A DNA stretch of 64,000 nucleotides from Octopus sinensis (taxonomy: Eukaryota), in the NCBI RefSeq assembly GCF_006345805.1, contig NC_042997.1, positions 203,484,001-203,548,000 of the forward strand, given 5' to 3'. Under the pieces are notes generated by a model. The model had not been told where the DNA came from. It ran no database searches and saw nothing but the letters and a program-made list of their open reading frames with translations. Below are positions 1 through 12,879 of the stretch, in pieces; position 1 is the stretch's first letter; each line of letters starts with the position of its first letter. Made by a program: the position numbers and the translations under genes.

Positions 1-173
1 GCATACATAATTTATGCATCAATTCTTTCCCACCATCATTTTAGACACACACTTACACACTTACACAAACATATACACATTTATAGAATGACATACATTT
101 ACATGCCTGCATGCATACACACATGCATATGTTGATTGCCTCACATTTCTGGGGAAGTTATTACATATATATA

Positions 174-402
174 TTTCTTTACTGCCCACAAGGGGCTAAA
201 CATAGAGGGGACAAACAAGGACAGACGAAGGGATTAAGTCGATTATATCGTCCCCAGTGCGAAACTGGTACTTTATTTATCGACCCCGAAAGGATGAAAG
301 GCAAAGTTGACCTAGGCGGAATTTGAACTCAGAACGTAACGACAGACGAAATACCGCTAAGCATTTCGCCCGGCGCGCTAACATTTCTGCCAGCTCGCCG
401 CC
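174..402 (-). mobile_element. tRNA-derived SINE, family A (Meta-domain-like), near full length
   Basis: Minus strand begins GGCGGCGAGCTGGCAGAAATGTTAG (box A-like) and has GAGTTCAAATTCC (box B). Central GCCTTTCATCCTTTCGGGGTCGATAAA resembles the MetaSINE domain (from memory). Homologous copies occur across the window. Confidence 0.85.
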
Positions 403-414
403 TATATATAATAT

Positions 415-690
415 TCAGCAGCTGAACTGAAATGTCATCAAAGCACTACATAACCATGTGGCATGATATTCTTGTTAAATCAGTACACAATGCCATCTGT
501 AGGAAGGGCTGTTCTGCGATAGATACTGAAAGTGCATCTGACAAAGAATATAAAATGTCTGTTGACACATTTCAACACAAGGAATATTGGAGGGATATCA
601 TCAACCACCAGTACCTTCCTCTTGCCAAATATAAGCACAACAGTTCTAATATAGTTCTCTTGAATCATAATCAAAGCATACTTTCTGTAT
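415..690 (+). pseudogene. Possible C-terminal fragment of an R4/Dong-like LINE (restriction-like endonuclease region)
   Basis: ORF 432-719 has MWHDILVKSVHNAI and KYKHNSSNIVL, resembling decayed RHD...HN.PDIV motifs. It abuts a (TTA)n tract. Confidence 0.4.
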
Positions 691-760
691 TATTATTATT
701 ATTATTATTATTATTTTAAATGTAGCTTCTCACTGGGGGGCTTTAAAGCTACATTTTTAA

Positions 761-850
761 AGGTGATGAGCTGGCAGAATCGTTAGCACACTGGGCAAAA
801 TGCTTAGCAGCATTTCATCTGTCCTTACGATCTGGGTTCAAATTCAGCTG
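761..850 (+). mobile_element. SINE family A, tRNA-like head only
   Basis: GAGCTGGCAGAATCGTTAGCAC...GGGTTCAAATTC matches the head of the 174-402 copy; followed by (TG)n. Confidence 0.75.
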
Positions 851-893
851 GATGTGTACACACATACATGTGTGTGTGTGTGTGGTGTGTGTG

Positions 894-928
<35 letters not shown>

Positions 929-1439
929 GTTTGTATATACAATCCTCAGTACTAGCACAATTGATGAACTATTAAACTCCACAATCAAGTGCCATTTACA
1001 ATTCGGCTATCCACTTCCTCGTTTCCTCTGAATACCATAACTGGCCCCTCGTCATCACTGCCATCATGTTCTACTGCTGCTACCCTTATCACAACTAAAC
1101 AATAGCAATGACAGGATCAACATTGGAAGTCACTCTTCAATACTAAAACAGTTGTTGACCCATTAAACAATACAGTCCCTAGCTCTTCTCCACAGTCAGG
1201 TCACTCAAATTCTTATCAGAATGACACAAGAGATCCATCATCACCATTGTCATCCTATTCTACTGCTACTATGGTTACCACTACTACTACTCCAATTAGT
1301 GAAGGATCGCTCCCCCACCCCACTGTCCATCTCAATCTGAATGTATATCTGACAGCTCCATCATAAATCTGCCAACTGTAAATAAAATAAAATTATGAAC
1401 ACACAAAGCCTCAAAATATGCTGCTATTATCAACACTAG

Positions 1440-1756
1440 AGACTATGCATTCACAGTGACTGTAACTTCACCCATTGGGCTTCACAGGGGCAATGACCAA
1501 GACCTTTGGCATTATGTTGTGCTTGAGAAGAAGACCCATCAGGTTGAGCAAAATCACAGTCATGACAGATATCAGTGTCATGCAAACTGGCACCCATGCT
1601 GGTGGCATGTAAAAGCATCTTGGTGTCACGTAAATGGCACCCATGTCAGTGGCACATAAAAGCACCTATTATACTCACAGAGTGGTTGGCATTAGGAAGG
1701 GCATCCAGCCATAGAAAATCATGCCAAGTCAGAGGACGTTTAATGATGATGATGAA
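1440..1756 (+). mobile_element. 3' fragment of the RTE-PHD LINE family
   Basis: ORF2 end (DLWHYVVLEK), three GGTGGCA-type UTR modules, GGCATTAGGAAGGGCATCCAGC and a (GAT)n tail. Confidence 0.8.
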
Positions 1757-1799
1757 GATACACAATTTGTACAAGCAATACCAGCCAATGCCAAACCAT

Positions 1800-4420
1800 G
1801 TATCTTACATCACCATCACCACCACCACCACCATTAAATACTAAATCACATTTAATAACTTCACATGTAACTAGGAATCCCAAAATCTGTTGCTATTCCC
1901 AACACAAAAGATTATTTCTGATGTGTGACTGTCCTTTCACTCATCTTCCAGGGACTCAATGCACTAGTAAAAGAATGACACCAAACCACCACCAAATCCA
2001 CAGTAGAGACATCCCTTTCAGTGGCAGTGTTGGTCCAGACTTTCATCAAAACTCAGAAGTCACCCAAACATCTACTGGGTACAATAGTAAAATCAACAAC
2101 CACAAACAATATAACTATAACTATTTTCAACCATGCAACCATACCAATTCCAAACAACAACCTCTCCCAACACAAGAAAATTCGTTTTTAGTGATGATGA
2201 GTCAGGCAAAAGAAAAAAAAATGAAAAAGCTTCTAGCTCCCACAGAGCACCAACCACTGCTATTATAACCCCAGTGCACAACTACACCATTGGTGTCATT
2301 AACCAACAAACTCAACTCAATTATAATGCTGAATGTATGAGGTCTTTCACACTTCATAAATAAAACAAAAGTATCATATCTTGGAGACCTTATACAGTGA
2401 GAAAGGACAATATGCATAGCACTAAGTGAAATGCACCTGTGACTGCAGAATACAGAAACAAAGAGAAATAGTGATGTTCATTCAAGAAGACCTGGCAACA
2501 AATGTCCTCTCCCTCCTCTCCCACTCCAACACAGTGCATGATACACTAATAATGCATGTGATTGACCTCAATTTCATCATAGGCATTACTTACTACCTTG
2601 TTGATGCAGCTAACTACAGAGATCATTTCAAAGATGCTTTGTCACTCATAAGTCAAATCCCAAATGAGCCCAGCACACAGCCAAATGTACTTTTACCTGG
2701 GGACTTTAATTTTCCTAGTCTCAGTTGGCCTGAGGCCTATATCCAACCTGAAATTAAACAACTGAATTGGGGAGATATGAATGATCTTCTTGATACCACA
2801 TGCAACAAATTATTACTCGTCCAACTAAGGGAAATAAATACCCGACCTAGTCTTTACCATCAATACAGACTTTATTCCCAATTTTCAGGTCATTCCCACA
2901 GCTAATTTCGACCACAACATTGTACAATTATCAAAGAGGGCAACACACACCATATCAAACATGACTCACTCTGCATGAACTTGAATTATAGGAATACCAA
3001 GTGGAAGGAAACTGAAATTGAAATCCTCAAAACAAACTGGTCTTCACATATTGGGAACCCCAATGTTAATGAGGAAATGATGTTTCTGTATGAAGAGTTA
3101 ATCAGGATCTGTTGAAAGCATGCCCCATATAAACTCACCTATTCTTGCAAGCACTTGATCCTGCAAGATAGACAGATACTAGTGTGTAACAGAACCAAAC
3201 TCTCTCAACAGATGCAATCGAGAAGAAAAAACAGAACATCAATCTGGACCTAAAACTATCTCATGAAAAAGAAACTTCACAAAGGGAACAATGAGCAGTG
3301 TAAAATATAAAATCTATTTCCAAGTTCCTTTTCCACTTTGCTAAAGAAAAATTAGCCACACAAAACCAGAATGGCTCTCTAATGGATCAAAATGGATCAT
3401 ATACAAATAATCCATCACAAATATGCACATTCTTGAGTTGACATTATAACATTGCAGTTTCCCAACATATAGTTAACAAAATAATATATGAGCCAAATGA
3501 ATTCTTTGATCCCCAGGACTCAACTGCAGACACATCTGAAAATTAACAGTATTATGGAAGATGATATACGTACAGTTAATGACCTAGATTCAAACTCAGC
3601 AGCTAGACCAAATGGTCTCCCAACCATACTGCTACAAATGTGCAAAAACAGCCTCATGAAGACATTAGAAATGCTATTTCAAAAGTCACTAGATACCAAC
3701 GAATTCCCAGAACTACTGAAAGACACAACACTAACACCTATGGACAAAGAAGGGTAACAGGGCTGAAGCTAAAAATTACAGACCTGATTCTCACACATCT
3801 CACACATCTACAATTATCAAATGCATTGTCCAAAATAGAATTAATACAAAATAGAATTAATACAACCTTGTAGATTACATACAGCACAGTTTTTGAACTG
3901 GATGAAGTTGCCTTTCACAACTATTACAGCACCATAACACTATTTTTAATATTTACTTGACAGGAAAGGACACTGACTGCATATACTTTGGTTTTGTTAA
4001 GGTGTTTAATAAGAGTGCTCATGGAATCATCTGTCATAAGTTAAGGGATCTTGGTAAAACAGAAAAACTCAGAGGAAAGCTCTGACTTCCTACATAGTAG
4101 GAACTAATCTGTTGCTGCAAATGGTTTTCTGTATGCAAAGTCACCTGTAATAAGTGGTATGCCTCAGGGAATGGTTCTAGGACTATTATTATTTATCATT
4201 GACCTATCTCAAGTGCACACATCCAAACTAATGTGTTACACTGATGATGCAAAAATATCAATGATTATCCATACTCTAGAAGATACTGTAACACTCCAAA
4301 ATGAGCTAAACCCCATTTATCAATGTGCGGATTAAAACAATATGAAATTTAATACATCAAAATTTCAGGTTCTTCATTATAGAGGATATACACACAAATC
4401 ACAATATTTGATGCCAGAAT
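1800..4420 (+). pseudogene. Decayed CR1-like LINE (possible ORF1 end, APE endonuclease, reverse transcriptase)
   Basis: LLPGDFNFP (APE), RPNGLP..LQMCK, SGMPQGMVLGLLLFII, CYTDDAKI (YADD equivalent) and NNMKFNTSKFQVLHY occur in the expected order, with many stops and frameshifts. Confidence 0.85.
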
Positions 4421-4443
4421 GATTCAGAGTGCTAATGACATAC

Positions 4444-4600
4444 TGTTATATCCTTAAAATGTTGAATTGTTATAATGCCCACTTTGGTATACAGTATACT
4501 TAGTAAAACCAGTAAAGAAATTACTGTCTCTGACCGCCGACTACGCACTCTGTATACTAAAGTGGACATTATAACAATCCAACATTTTAAGGATATAACA
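4444..4600 (+). mobile_element. Putative 5' LTR (TGT...ACA) with 51-bp terminal inverted arms
   Basis: Arms 4444-4494 and 4550-4600 are reverse complements with 3 mismatches. A degenerate PBS-like motif follows, and gag starts about 145 bp downstream. Confidence 0.6.
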
Positions 4601-4744
4601 GCAGGGACAAGAATTTAAACAACCTACGAGGAATTAATAAACTCAATGAAAATAAACCAATTCATGTGGAGTTAATAGAAACTCGAAGAGGAGTTAATAA
4701 ACTCACAAAGTTGGTGTATGAATTTTACAAAAAATTGTAAAAGT

Positions 4745-5900
4745 ATGGAAAATTTGTTGGCAGGTTTGCTCAAGTTTCAAAAACAGCAACAACAACAGCT
4801 GAAAGAACAATGACAGCAGCAGCTACAACTGCAAGAACAAAACTGAAGCAACAATACCACCAACAACAACAACTGAAAGAACAACAACAGCAGATGCAAC
4901 TGCAAGAGCAACAACAGAAACAACAACAACAACAAATAATATTACAGCAACAAATGCTGCAATTACTGAAGTCATCAGGAAATTCAGAAAAAATGTTCTC
5001 GTCAGACTCTGTCACGAACTCCATAACAGAGTTCAAATATGAACCAGACAAAGGAATTACCTTCAAGGCATACTACAGAAGATATAAGCAAATCTTCAAT
5101 AAAGGATGTAAAGATTAGGATGACGAAATGAAAATGTGCTTAATCTTAAGAAAACTGGCAGCAGCAGAACATGAGTGTTACAGCAATTGTGTACTCTCAA
5201 GAAAACCTTCAGACATAAACTTTAATGACACAATAGATATATTGTGTAAAATTTTCAGTGAAAAAATCTCATTGTTGAGCACATGTTTGAAGTGTCTGCA
5301 CATAGAGAACAATAATGATGAGGTCTACATCCCATGTGCTGGTAGAGTAAACAGGGAATGCAAGAAATTTAAGTTGGATGAATATGTTCAAATACCTGAT
5401 TTTTACACAGAGACATACTACCAAAAAGGATGCAGAAGTTAAAACTAGAATTCTCACAAAACTGGAACAAAACCAGGATGTAACCCTACATCAAATGCCA
5501 AAAGAATGTGAAAGGATAGTCAAATTAAAACATGACACAGAGGAAAGTGAATGTAATGATTGTTTCCAAGTAAAGCAAGTGTGAAATAGTTAGAATAGAG
5601 ATGAAGTGTTTTCTAAAAAACACAACAAAAATCAAGAAATAAACCTATGTTTTGCATGTATACACCAGAGGAAAAATTGTCCATTTAAAAATGCAGAGTA
5701 TTTTTATTGTGGAAATATAGGACATATAAAGATGCACTGTAGAACAAAGATTAAAAAAAACATCACAACAAAAGAAAAAGAATAAATAGTATGTCATCAG
5801 AAGAAATTGGTAATATAATGATGAGGAAATTTGTGAAGGTGAAAATCAGAAATGCATGTGTTAAAAAGCAGTTGGACACTGATAGTGATATCTTCGTGCA
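4745..5900 (+). pseudogene. Ty3/gypsy (Mag-like) gag and start of protease, disrupted and 3'-truncated
   Basis: Poly-Q N-terminus, SITEFKYEPDKGITFKAYYRRY, LRKL..EHE.Y, degenerate zinc knuckles (FYCGNIGHIKMHC) and protease-like QLDTDSDI. Confidence 0.85.
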
Positions 5901-6113
5901 CTATGAGCAGAAACATTTCAGACATACAAAAGAGATTAAAAGACATGTTTCCTGGTATATTTTGTACACTGCGGAAACCACTCTCTGGACCTTGTCCTCC
6001 AAGAAATTGGATTTATGGTTTCCATGGTCACTGATGCATTGAACTTTGTTCACTAAATCACCATTCTTCTGAAAGTACGATGGACCAGCCTTTGTGATGA
6101 AAATGTCATATAT

Positions 6114-6150
<37 letters not shown>

Positions 6151-6454
6151 TATATAGATCTATATTGTGTTGTGTGTGTTAGTGTGTGTGTGTGTGTGTG
6201 CACGCGTGTGCATGTTTATATCTGGTTGAGTGACTGAGGTAGGTGCAGTAATAGAGAACTCTATAATAGTCACAGATTTGAAATGCCTAAATCTTTTTCA
6301 GCCACCTGACATGCCATTTATCTGCACACACACACACACACAGAGGCACATGCACTCACATAGACAAAAAAAAAACAATATATTTACACATGCATACATA
6401 CACCCACTCACATATACATATATATGTGCATGCACAAAGAATTAAAAATCAAGT

Positions 6455-6720
6455 TGGCCTCAGTAGATTTGAACTCAAAACACAAAGAGCCAGAAAAAAA
6501 GAGTAAAACAAATAATTGCTTCTAATTTAGACTGACGGACAGCAATTGGATGGAGAGAGTAGCGAATACCAACAACCTCAGCAGTAAACTGGTACTTTAT
6601 TTTATTGACCTCAGAAGGATGAAAGACAAATTTAACCTTGGCAGGATTTCAACTTAGAACACAAAGAGCCAGAAGGAATATTTTTTTCCAATGTTCTTAC
6701 TGTTCAGCCATCTTGCCACA
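6455..6720 (-). mobile_element. Degenerate SINE family A copies
   Basis: ACTGGTACTTTATTTTATTGACCTCAGAAGGATGAAAG matches the 174-402 core. Confidence 0.65.
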
Positions 6721-6839
6721 CTATTAATAATATTAAACTTAGTTAATAAATAATGTTGTTTATTGTTTATTTCTTTTTTGAGTGTCTTGCTTTTTAATCT
6801 TCTCCAAACACCAAAGGGTATGTTTTTCAAATGAAGTAG

Positions 6840-7280
6840 TATACACACTCACTCACACACAAAACTCACAAGCAGCATCCACATACAGATACATACTCAT
6901 AGACATTCACACAACACATACACATAGATATATATATACACACATAGATACACATGCACACACACACTTACACTCACATAAAACATATACACACAGATAC
7001 ACATTGACACAAGTACACACACACACACACACGCAAACACATACACACAAAACACAAAATAACACACACATAAAAGACACATGCAACACATTTACAAACC
7101 GCAAGCATGACACACACTCAAATCCCACACATAAAATGCAGAGAACACAAAAACACACAGAAAAATGCACACACAAGAAACACACAAAAAATAAACACAC
7201 ACACACACCACACACACACACACACACACAACACACACACACACACACACACACAACAGACACACACATGCACACATAAA
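6840..7280. repeat. Degenerate (CA)n microsatellite field
   Basis: Seen directly in the sequence. Confidence 0.95.
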
Positions 7281-7284
7281 CTGT

Positions 7285-7600
7285 CACTCTATCAATTATG
7301 ATGACAAGTGTTCCAGTTGATTCAATCAACAGAACAGCCTACTCATGAAATTAACATTCAAGTGGCTGAGTACTCCACAGACACATGTAAATGTCATTCT
7401 CAAGGTGATTCAGAATGACACAGAATTTGACAAGGCTGATCCTTTGAATTACATGTACAACTCACTTTTGCCAGCTGAGTAGACTGGAACAATGTGAAAT
7501 AAAGTGTCTTGCTCAAGAGCACAACACACCATCAGGAATCGAACCCACAACCTTACAATCACAATCTCAATACTCCTAACCACTAAGCCATGCATCTTCA
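7285..7600 (-). mobile_element. tRNA-derived SINE, family C
   Basis: Minus-strand head TGGCTTAGTGGTTAG...GGTTCGATTCC, then CTTGAGCAAGACAC. Body shared with copies at 12140, 19321 and 27237. Confidence 0.8.
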
Positions 7601-8559
7601 CAACACACAAAATATATACATACAAAATACAAACACAAAATACACACACATAAAATACATACCTTCTTATACATGCACACACTCTCATCCACACACACAC
7701 AGTATATTTGTATCTCTACCACCATCCCTTACAAACACATATTTACCCTATTTATGAAAATACACACGCATACACACACTCTCTCTCTCTCTCTCTCTCA
7801 TCACATGTATATATACAAAGACTCGCACACACATTTACAAAGGACATAACGCACAAACGCATGTTCACAAACATACTCTTCACACCATCAACACCACAAC
7901 CACATTAACATAAGACATGACTGAGTCAAACAGACTGAAACTTGCATAATAAGCAGTAAAATAAAAATTTTCTTTAAATTCTTTTAATTTTTTTTCTGCT
8001 TTTTTTTTCTGGAATCTGATAATGAAATTTCTGCTCTTTTGATATGGATCTTGCTAAAATTCTTTTAAAATGACAACCTTTAGAAGTTTATGTCTTTAAA
8101 CAGAAGTTGAAGAGAATTATGGCACCCTTCCATGGGTAGATGAGTTTTGACACTCTAAACTCACATAAGAAGAAAAAAAGGAAAATAAAAAGGAAAATAT
8201 TGTGCATAAATGTAGCAACACTCATATATGTAGACTTACAAAAATTATATTTTTGACCCAAGCTTTTATGTAAAAAATTAAGATTGTTTCTAGTACAACA
8301 GAAATTGGTTATATATATAATTTTCTGTTAATTTTCGAAATACCAATGAAAGCTAAGTTCTCTTCTGATCTGATCTTGGTGGTGGTGGTAGCAGCAATGG
8401 TGATGGTGAAGTTAAATATTACTGCTCTGATAATTATCTTTTGATAAATGTTATTTTTGACTCAACAACTTCCATAAAGATATTCCTCATTGGTGCTTCT
8501 AGATACATACAACCTCATCAGGAAATGTCCCAGTTTCAGAAAACTGACTCTAAGAAAAA

Positions 8560-8771
8560 AACCAACGAGGGAAGCCACCTGCTCAAAAATAGCAGCCAAT
8601 TCTCCCTTAAACCACACCCTGTTGTTATAAATAATTAAAGGATACCAGAGATAACATAGATCTATATATCTTGTGAAAGATAAGAATGGTCCCAGCTGAA
8701 ATGCCTTCTAAAGTGTTAACTTTGTCATGACCGACTTGAGGTTAAACAACATTAATAACAACAACAACAAC
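8560..8771 (+). mobile_element. Unclassified interspersed repeat with (AAC)n tail (family E)
   Basis: AAATAGCAGCCAA...TAAACAAC. Related copies at about 23490-23715 (+), 26215-26300 (+), 33985-34180 (-) and 50735-50945 (-). Confidence 0.6.
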
Positions 8772-10957
8772 ACTCTTTTGATTTAGGTGATGCCATACTA
8801 AATAATTCATCAGGCTGCCAAGATTTCCCAAAGATTATGCTGCCATGTCATTAATGTGACAGCCAAACCATTTGCTAAAAGACTACAGTGATTCCACAGT
8901 AGATAAGCCATTAGTTTATCTGCAGAGTCTATGGTCACTGGGAACTTATTGTTTCTATCTAACTAATGAGCTGAATGCTAAGAACAGAAATGTAGGAGCT
9001 TGTGGTAGTGTGATAATGTAATGGCAGTGTAGAGTAGAGGTGTGTGGGTGTGCAGGTATGGTAGTGTAGATGGGTTTGGTGTGGTGGTCACATCAGATTG
9101 GTGGGAAGTTGACATGTAGCTAGTTAGAATAGAACATATGTAGAAAGAAGTAAAATAGAGCATAATAAAGCAGAAGATATTTGAGTTATACATGTAAAAT
9201 AGAGTACAAAACAACAGAGTACAGTTGTACTCCATTGTATAATTAATATGATACAAGCACAATAGAATAAAATAGAGTAGGGTGGAATAGAATATGATAA
9301 AATAAAGTATGACAGAATAGAGCAGAATATAACATGAAGTACAATAGAATACACAAGGTTAGAGTACAAAGTAGAATGAAATAGAACAAAATAGAGAGAA
9401 AAGATTAAATTTGAAGAGAAAATAAAAAGAAAGAAACAGTATAGAATATGTAAAATATCAACATCACAGCCATTATCATCGTCGTTGTCATCATTATCTT
9501 TTTATCTGTTTACAAGTATTTTTTCCATGCATTCTTTTTTCCCATCTTTCCACTATTACAACTATTCTGTTGCTCTTCACCCATTTCTGTATGGCCAGTC
9601 ATCCCCTACTCTCCCCTACTTTCTTTCAAATGCATATTTATCATCGATCACCCCTTAACCAATTTTCAGCATTCACTATTTTTGCCCTACTCCATTCCTA
9701 CTCAGTCATTAACTATCCCTCACTCTCCCCATACACTCTTGCAACCTCTACCCACCCACACTTTCACCCACTCATTCTTCTGTCCCCACTCACTTCTAGT
9801 TATCTTCTTGTATTTTGAGGTCCCACGCTAACATCTTATCATTACTATTCTACTCCTATTTCCAACTCCACCCCATTGTTCACACCCACTCTCATATAAT
9901 GCTCTCAGCCATGTAGTTCCATTACAGCAAGAAATCTGTTGTATTCCGGACACTTTTTTCATACTTTAACCTTTCATTACCTAATGTAATGTCATCTTCT
10001 TCTCTAGGCATCAGATGTGTGCAAGAAACAAGTTTGTGCCAGTATGGACAGATGATGCAAATGGATGAGGATATCTGTATAAAATATCCACAATTATTAA
10101 ATGTAGCTGGAACTTGTGGAAGAGGGAGATATGAGGTGTAGTGGTAAAGGTTGATCTCAGGCCGCTGAGCCCGATGGCTGAGATGACAAAAGGACCGGGA
10201 TCTCTGGTGATATGAGGTTCTTGTAAAAACTTGCCCACCTCAGTGAAACTGAGTTCTGGAAATGCTATTTCATGTTCTCCAGACATTACAGTGATTCCTC
10301 CAGTTCATGTATTACACCTACCTCTTCCACTTCCCTCAGGACCTAAAGACTACCCAACCATGTCATATCTCTCTCTTGTCCCCACTCATTCCCAACAATT
10401 GTATCATCTTTACAACTCCTGCTGCTTGTTACCCCACTCTTCTACATCCTTTTAACTTCCCAAAATCATGGCTCTTGTATGATGATACACCCTTCAATCC
10501 AACTTACTTTAGCAGTCAACATCCTCACCCCTCATTCTCTTCCTCATACAATCTTGCAAGCCACCCACCCACCCACTTCTACTCAGCTTTGTGGGGCCAC
10601 CTGGGACAACATCCCCATTATCTATCTCTTGCTGCTCCAACTGATCATTTTCTTTTTCTCTTTCCTCTACTACATGTGAGTAGCCATGCAAATCATTCTA
10701 CAGGAACCTGCTATGCCCTCCTCCCCACCTCATAGTAATCCCTTTGTCTCCTCACGTGAATCTGCACCATTCTCCCACCTTCCCCCAGAGTTTGTAGTCC
10801 TGCAAACTGCATGGCAACCTCAGTTGTGCAGACATTAGAGCTTGAAGCAGTCTTTGAACACATCAGATCCTTCAAACCATCAAACCCAGGTTAGCATGGA
10901 TATTAAATGGTGAATGATGATGATGATATAGGTGGAGTAACATGCTTTCTGAATCAC

Positions 10958-10999
10958 AACTGTCCGACGAACAGGAACTTGAAACTCTCAGTAGCAGTT
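10958..10999 (+). ncRNA. Minimal type I hammerhead ribozyme motif (degenerate copy)
   Basis: AACTGT-CCGACGA-ACAGGAACTT-GAAACTCTCAGTA-GCAGTT; stem I is AACTGT/GCAGTT. Homologous to the pair at 49660-49761. Confidence 0.6.
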
Positions 11000-11039
11000 T
11001 TTTGTGATGTTTTCGCAGCTTTAATAATAAAGTATATAT

Positions 11040-11124
11040 ATATCAGATACATAAAGAAAAATATACCAGATAAGTAGAGAATTAATAGTTATACAGAGAA
11101 ATACCAGATATGTGTGTGTGTGTG

Positions 11125-11161
<37 letters not shown>

Positions 11162-11228
11162 GGTATTTCTCTGTATAGCTTTTAGTTCTCTACTTATCTG
11201 GTATATTTTTTCTGTATGTGTCTGATAT
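11040..11228. repeat. Fold-back palindrome centred on (TG)n-TA-(CA)n
   Basis: ATCAGATACATAAAGAAAAATATACCAGATAAGTAGAGAA is mirrored by TTCTCTACTTATCTGGTATATTTTTTCTGTATGTGTCTGAT. Confidence 0.9.
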
Positions 11229-11423
11229 ATTTTGTCTATCTATTGAATAACTGAATGTGTTATATCCACTAATACCCAAAACAAATTCTGTTGCTATGTA
11301 TCTTTAATGTATATGTAAACATATTTCAACATCAATTAGATTTTCATGAAGCTGATTTTATTTTTCATGTAACCAATATTTCTATTACATTTCATTTGTG
11401 TGTGTGTCTGTGAGTGTGTGTGA

Positions 11424-11454
<31 letters not shown>

Positions 11455-11495
11455 TGTGTGAGTGTGCACGTGTATGTGTATGTGTGTGTGTGTGC

Positions 11496-11544
<49 letters not shown>

Positions 11545-12139
11545 TGCGTGCGTGTGTGCGTGCACATAGCTGATTTTATTTTATTCCTATAAGATATCAT
11601 TTGTTCAGCCTATATCCAAATAACTGGCTAAAACTGCAGCTTTTTTTTGATAAACAAAATCAATTTTTCTTTTTTATTTTTGTTTCATAATTATTACTGA
11701 TAGAATTTTTTTTAACCCTCTAAAATATCAGAGTAGACACTTATACAATCAATCAAGTAAGCAAATAAGCTGGGTAAGAACAGAGGCATTTGATATTTTG
11801 ATAGTTTGATATGTTGAATATAGATGAGTGATGACAGGGGTGTTGGGTGCATAAGAAATATACAATGGCTTGAGTAATTTGTCACATTGAAATAAATTCT
11901 GTAAAAGTAGTCTCTTAAATTGTTTTAATCTAGTATGTATATATTGACACATTTAACCTTTGTCAAAGTTTATGAACAGGCTAGGCTATTAGAGGGTTGG
12001 TTAGAATACTTTGTAATATATGTCCTGAGTCTCTGTGCCCTAAGTTCAAATCTCAATGAGGTCAACTTTGCTTTCATGCTCTTAGGGTTGATAAAAACAT
12101 ACCAATCCAGGGTGGCAGAATGGTGTAACTACAAGATCA

Positions 12140-12452
12140 AACTGGCACTCTGTGGGTTATGATAATGAAGATTCCAGTTGATCCAATCAATGGAACAGCC
12201 TGCTCATGAAATTAATGTGGAAGTGGCTGAGCACTACATTAAGGGCATGTGCCCTTAATGTAGTTCTCAGGAAGATTCAGCATGACACAGAATGTGACAA
12301 GGCTGGCTCTTTGAAATACAGGTGCTACTTATTTTTGCCATCTGAGTGAGCTGGAGCAACATGAAATAAAGTGATTTGCTCAAAAACACAATGTACTACC
12401 AGGTATCAAACTCATGGCCGAATATCCTAACCACTAAGTCACACACCTTCAC
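12140..12452 (-). mobile_element. SINE family C
   Basis: Body matches the 7285-7600 copy. Confidence 0.75.
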
Positions 12453-12879
12453 TTGTAATTACAACAATGTCAGATGCCTAACAGAATTTATTCAGTATTC
12501 TGTGTTGCAATTTTGCCATGGCTTACGCGAGTGGCAGACTTAATCCATCTCCAAGTTTAATGTTCTTTGTAATGTCAACCAACTTACAGAGTGTATAGGG
12601 TGTTCTTTGTGTGTGATACCAGCACTAGTGAAGTTACCGAGTGACTAGTAAAAGAAAACAAGTTCCTTGACTGCATAGGGCTGCAGCAGAGTGATGGAAG
12701 GACATCCAGTTGTAGAAACTGTGCCAAAATAGACACTGGTGCTCAGCACAGTCTTCAGAACTGTTGAATCATCCATCCCATACAAGCATAGAAGGTAAAA
12801 GTTAAATGAAGATGATGCTGGTGGTGGTGACAGTGCCGACGATGACAATATTCACGATGATGATGACAATGAGGATAAC

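Noticed and set aside
6782-7329. His/Thr- or Cys/Val-rich ORFs (also at 11.4, 46.6, 50.2 and 59 kb)
   Set aside because: Read-through of (CA)n/(TG)n microsatellites.
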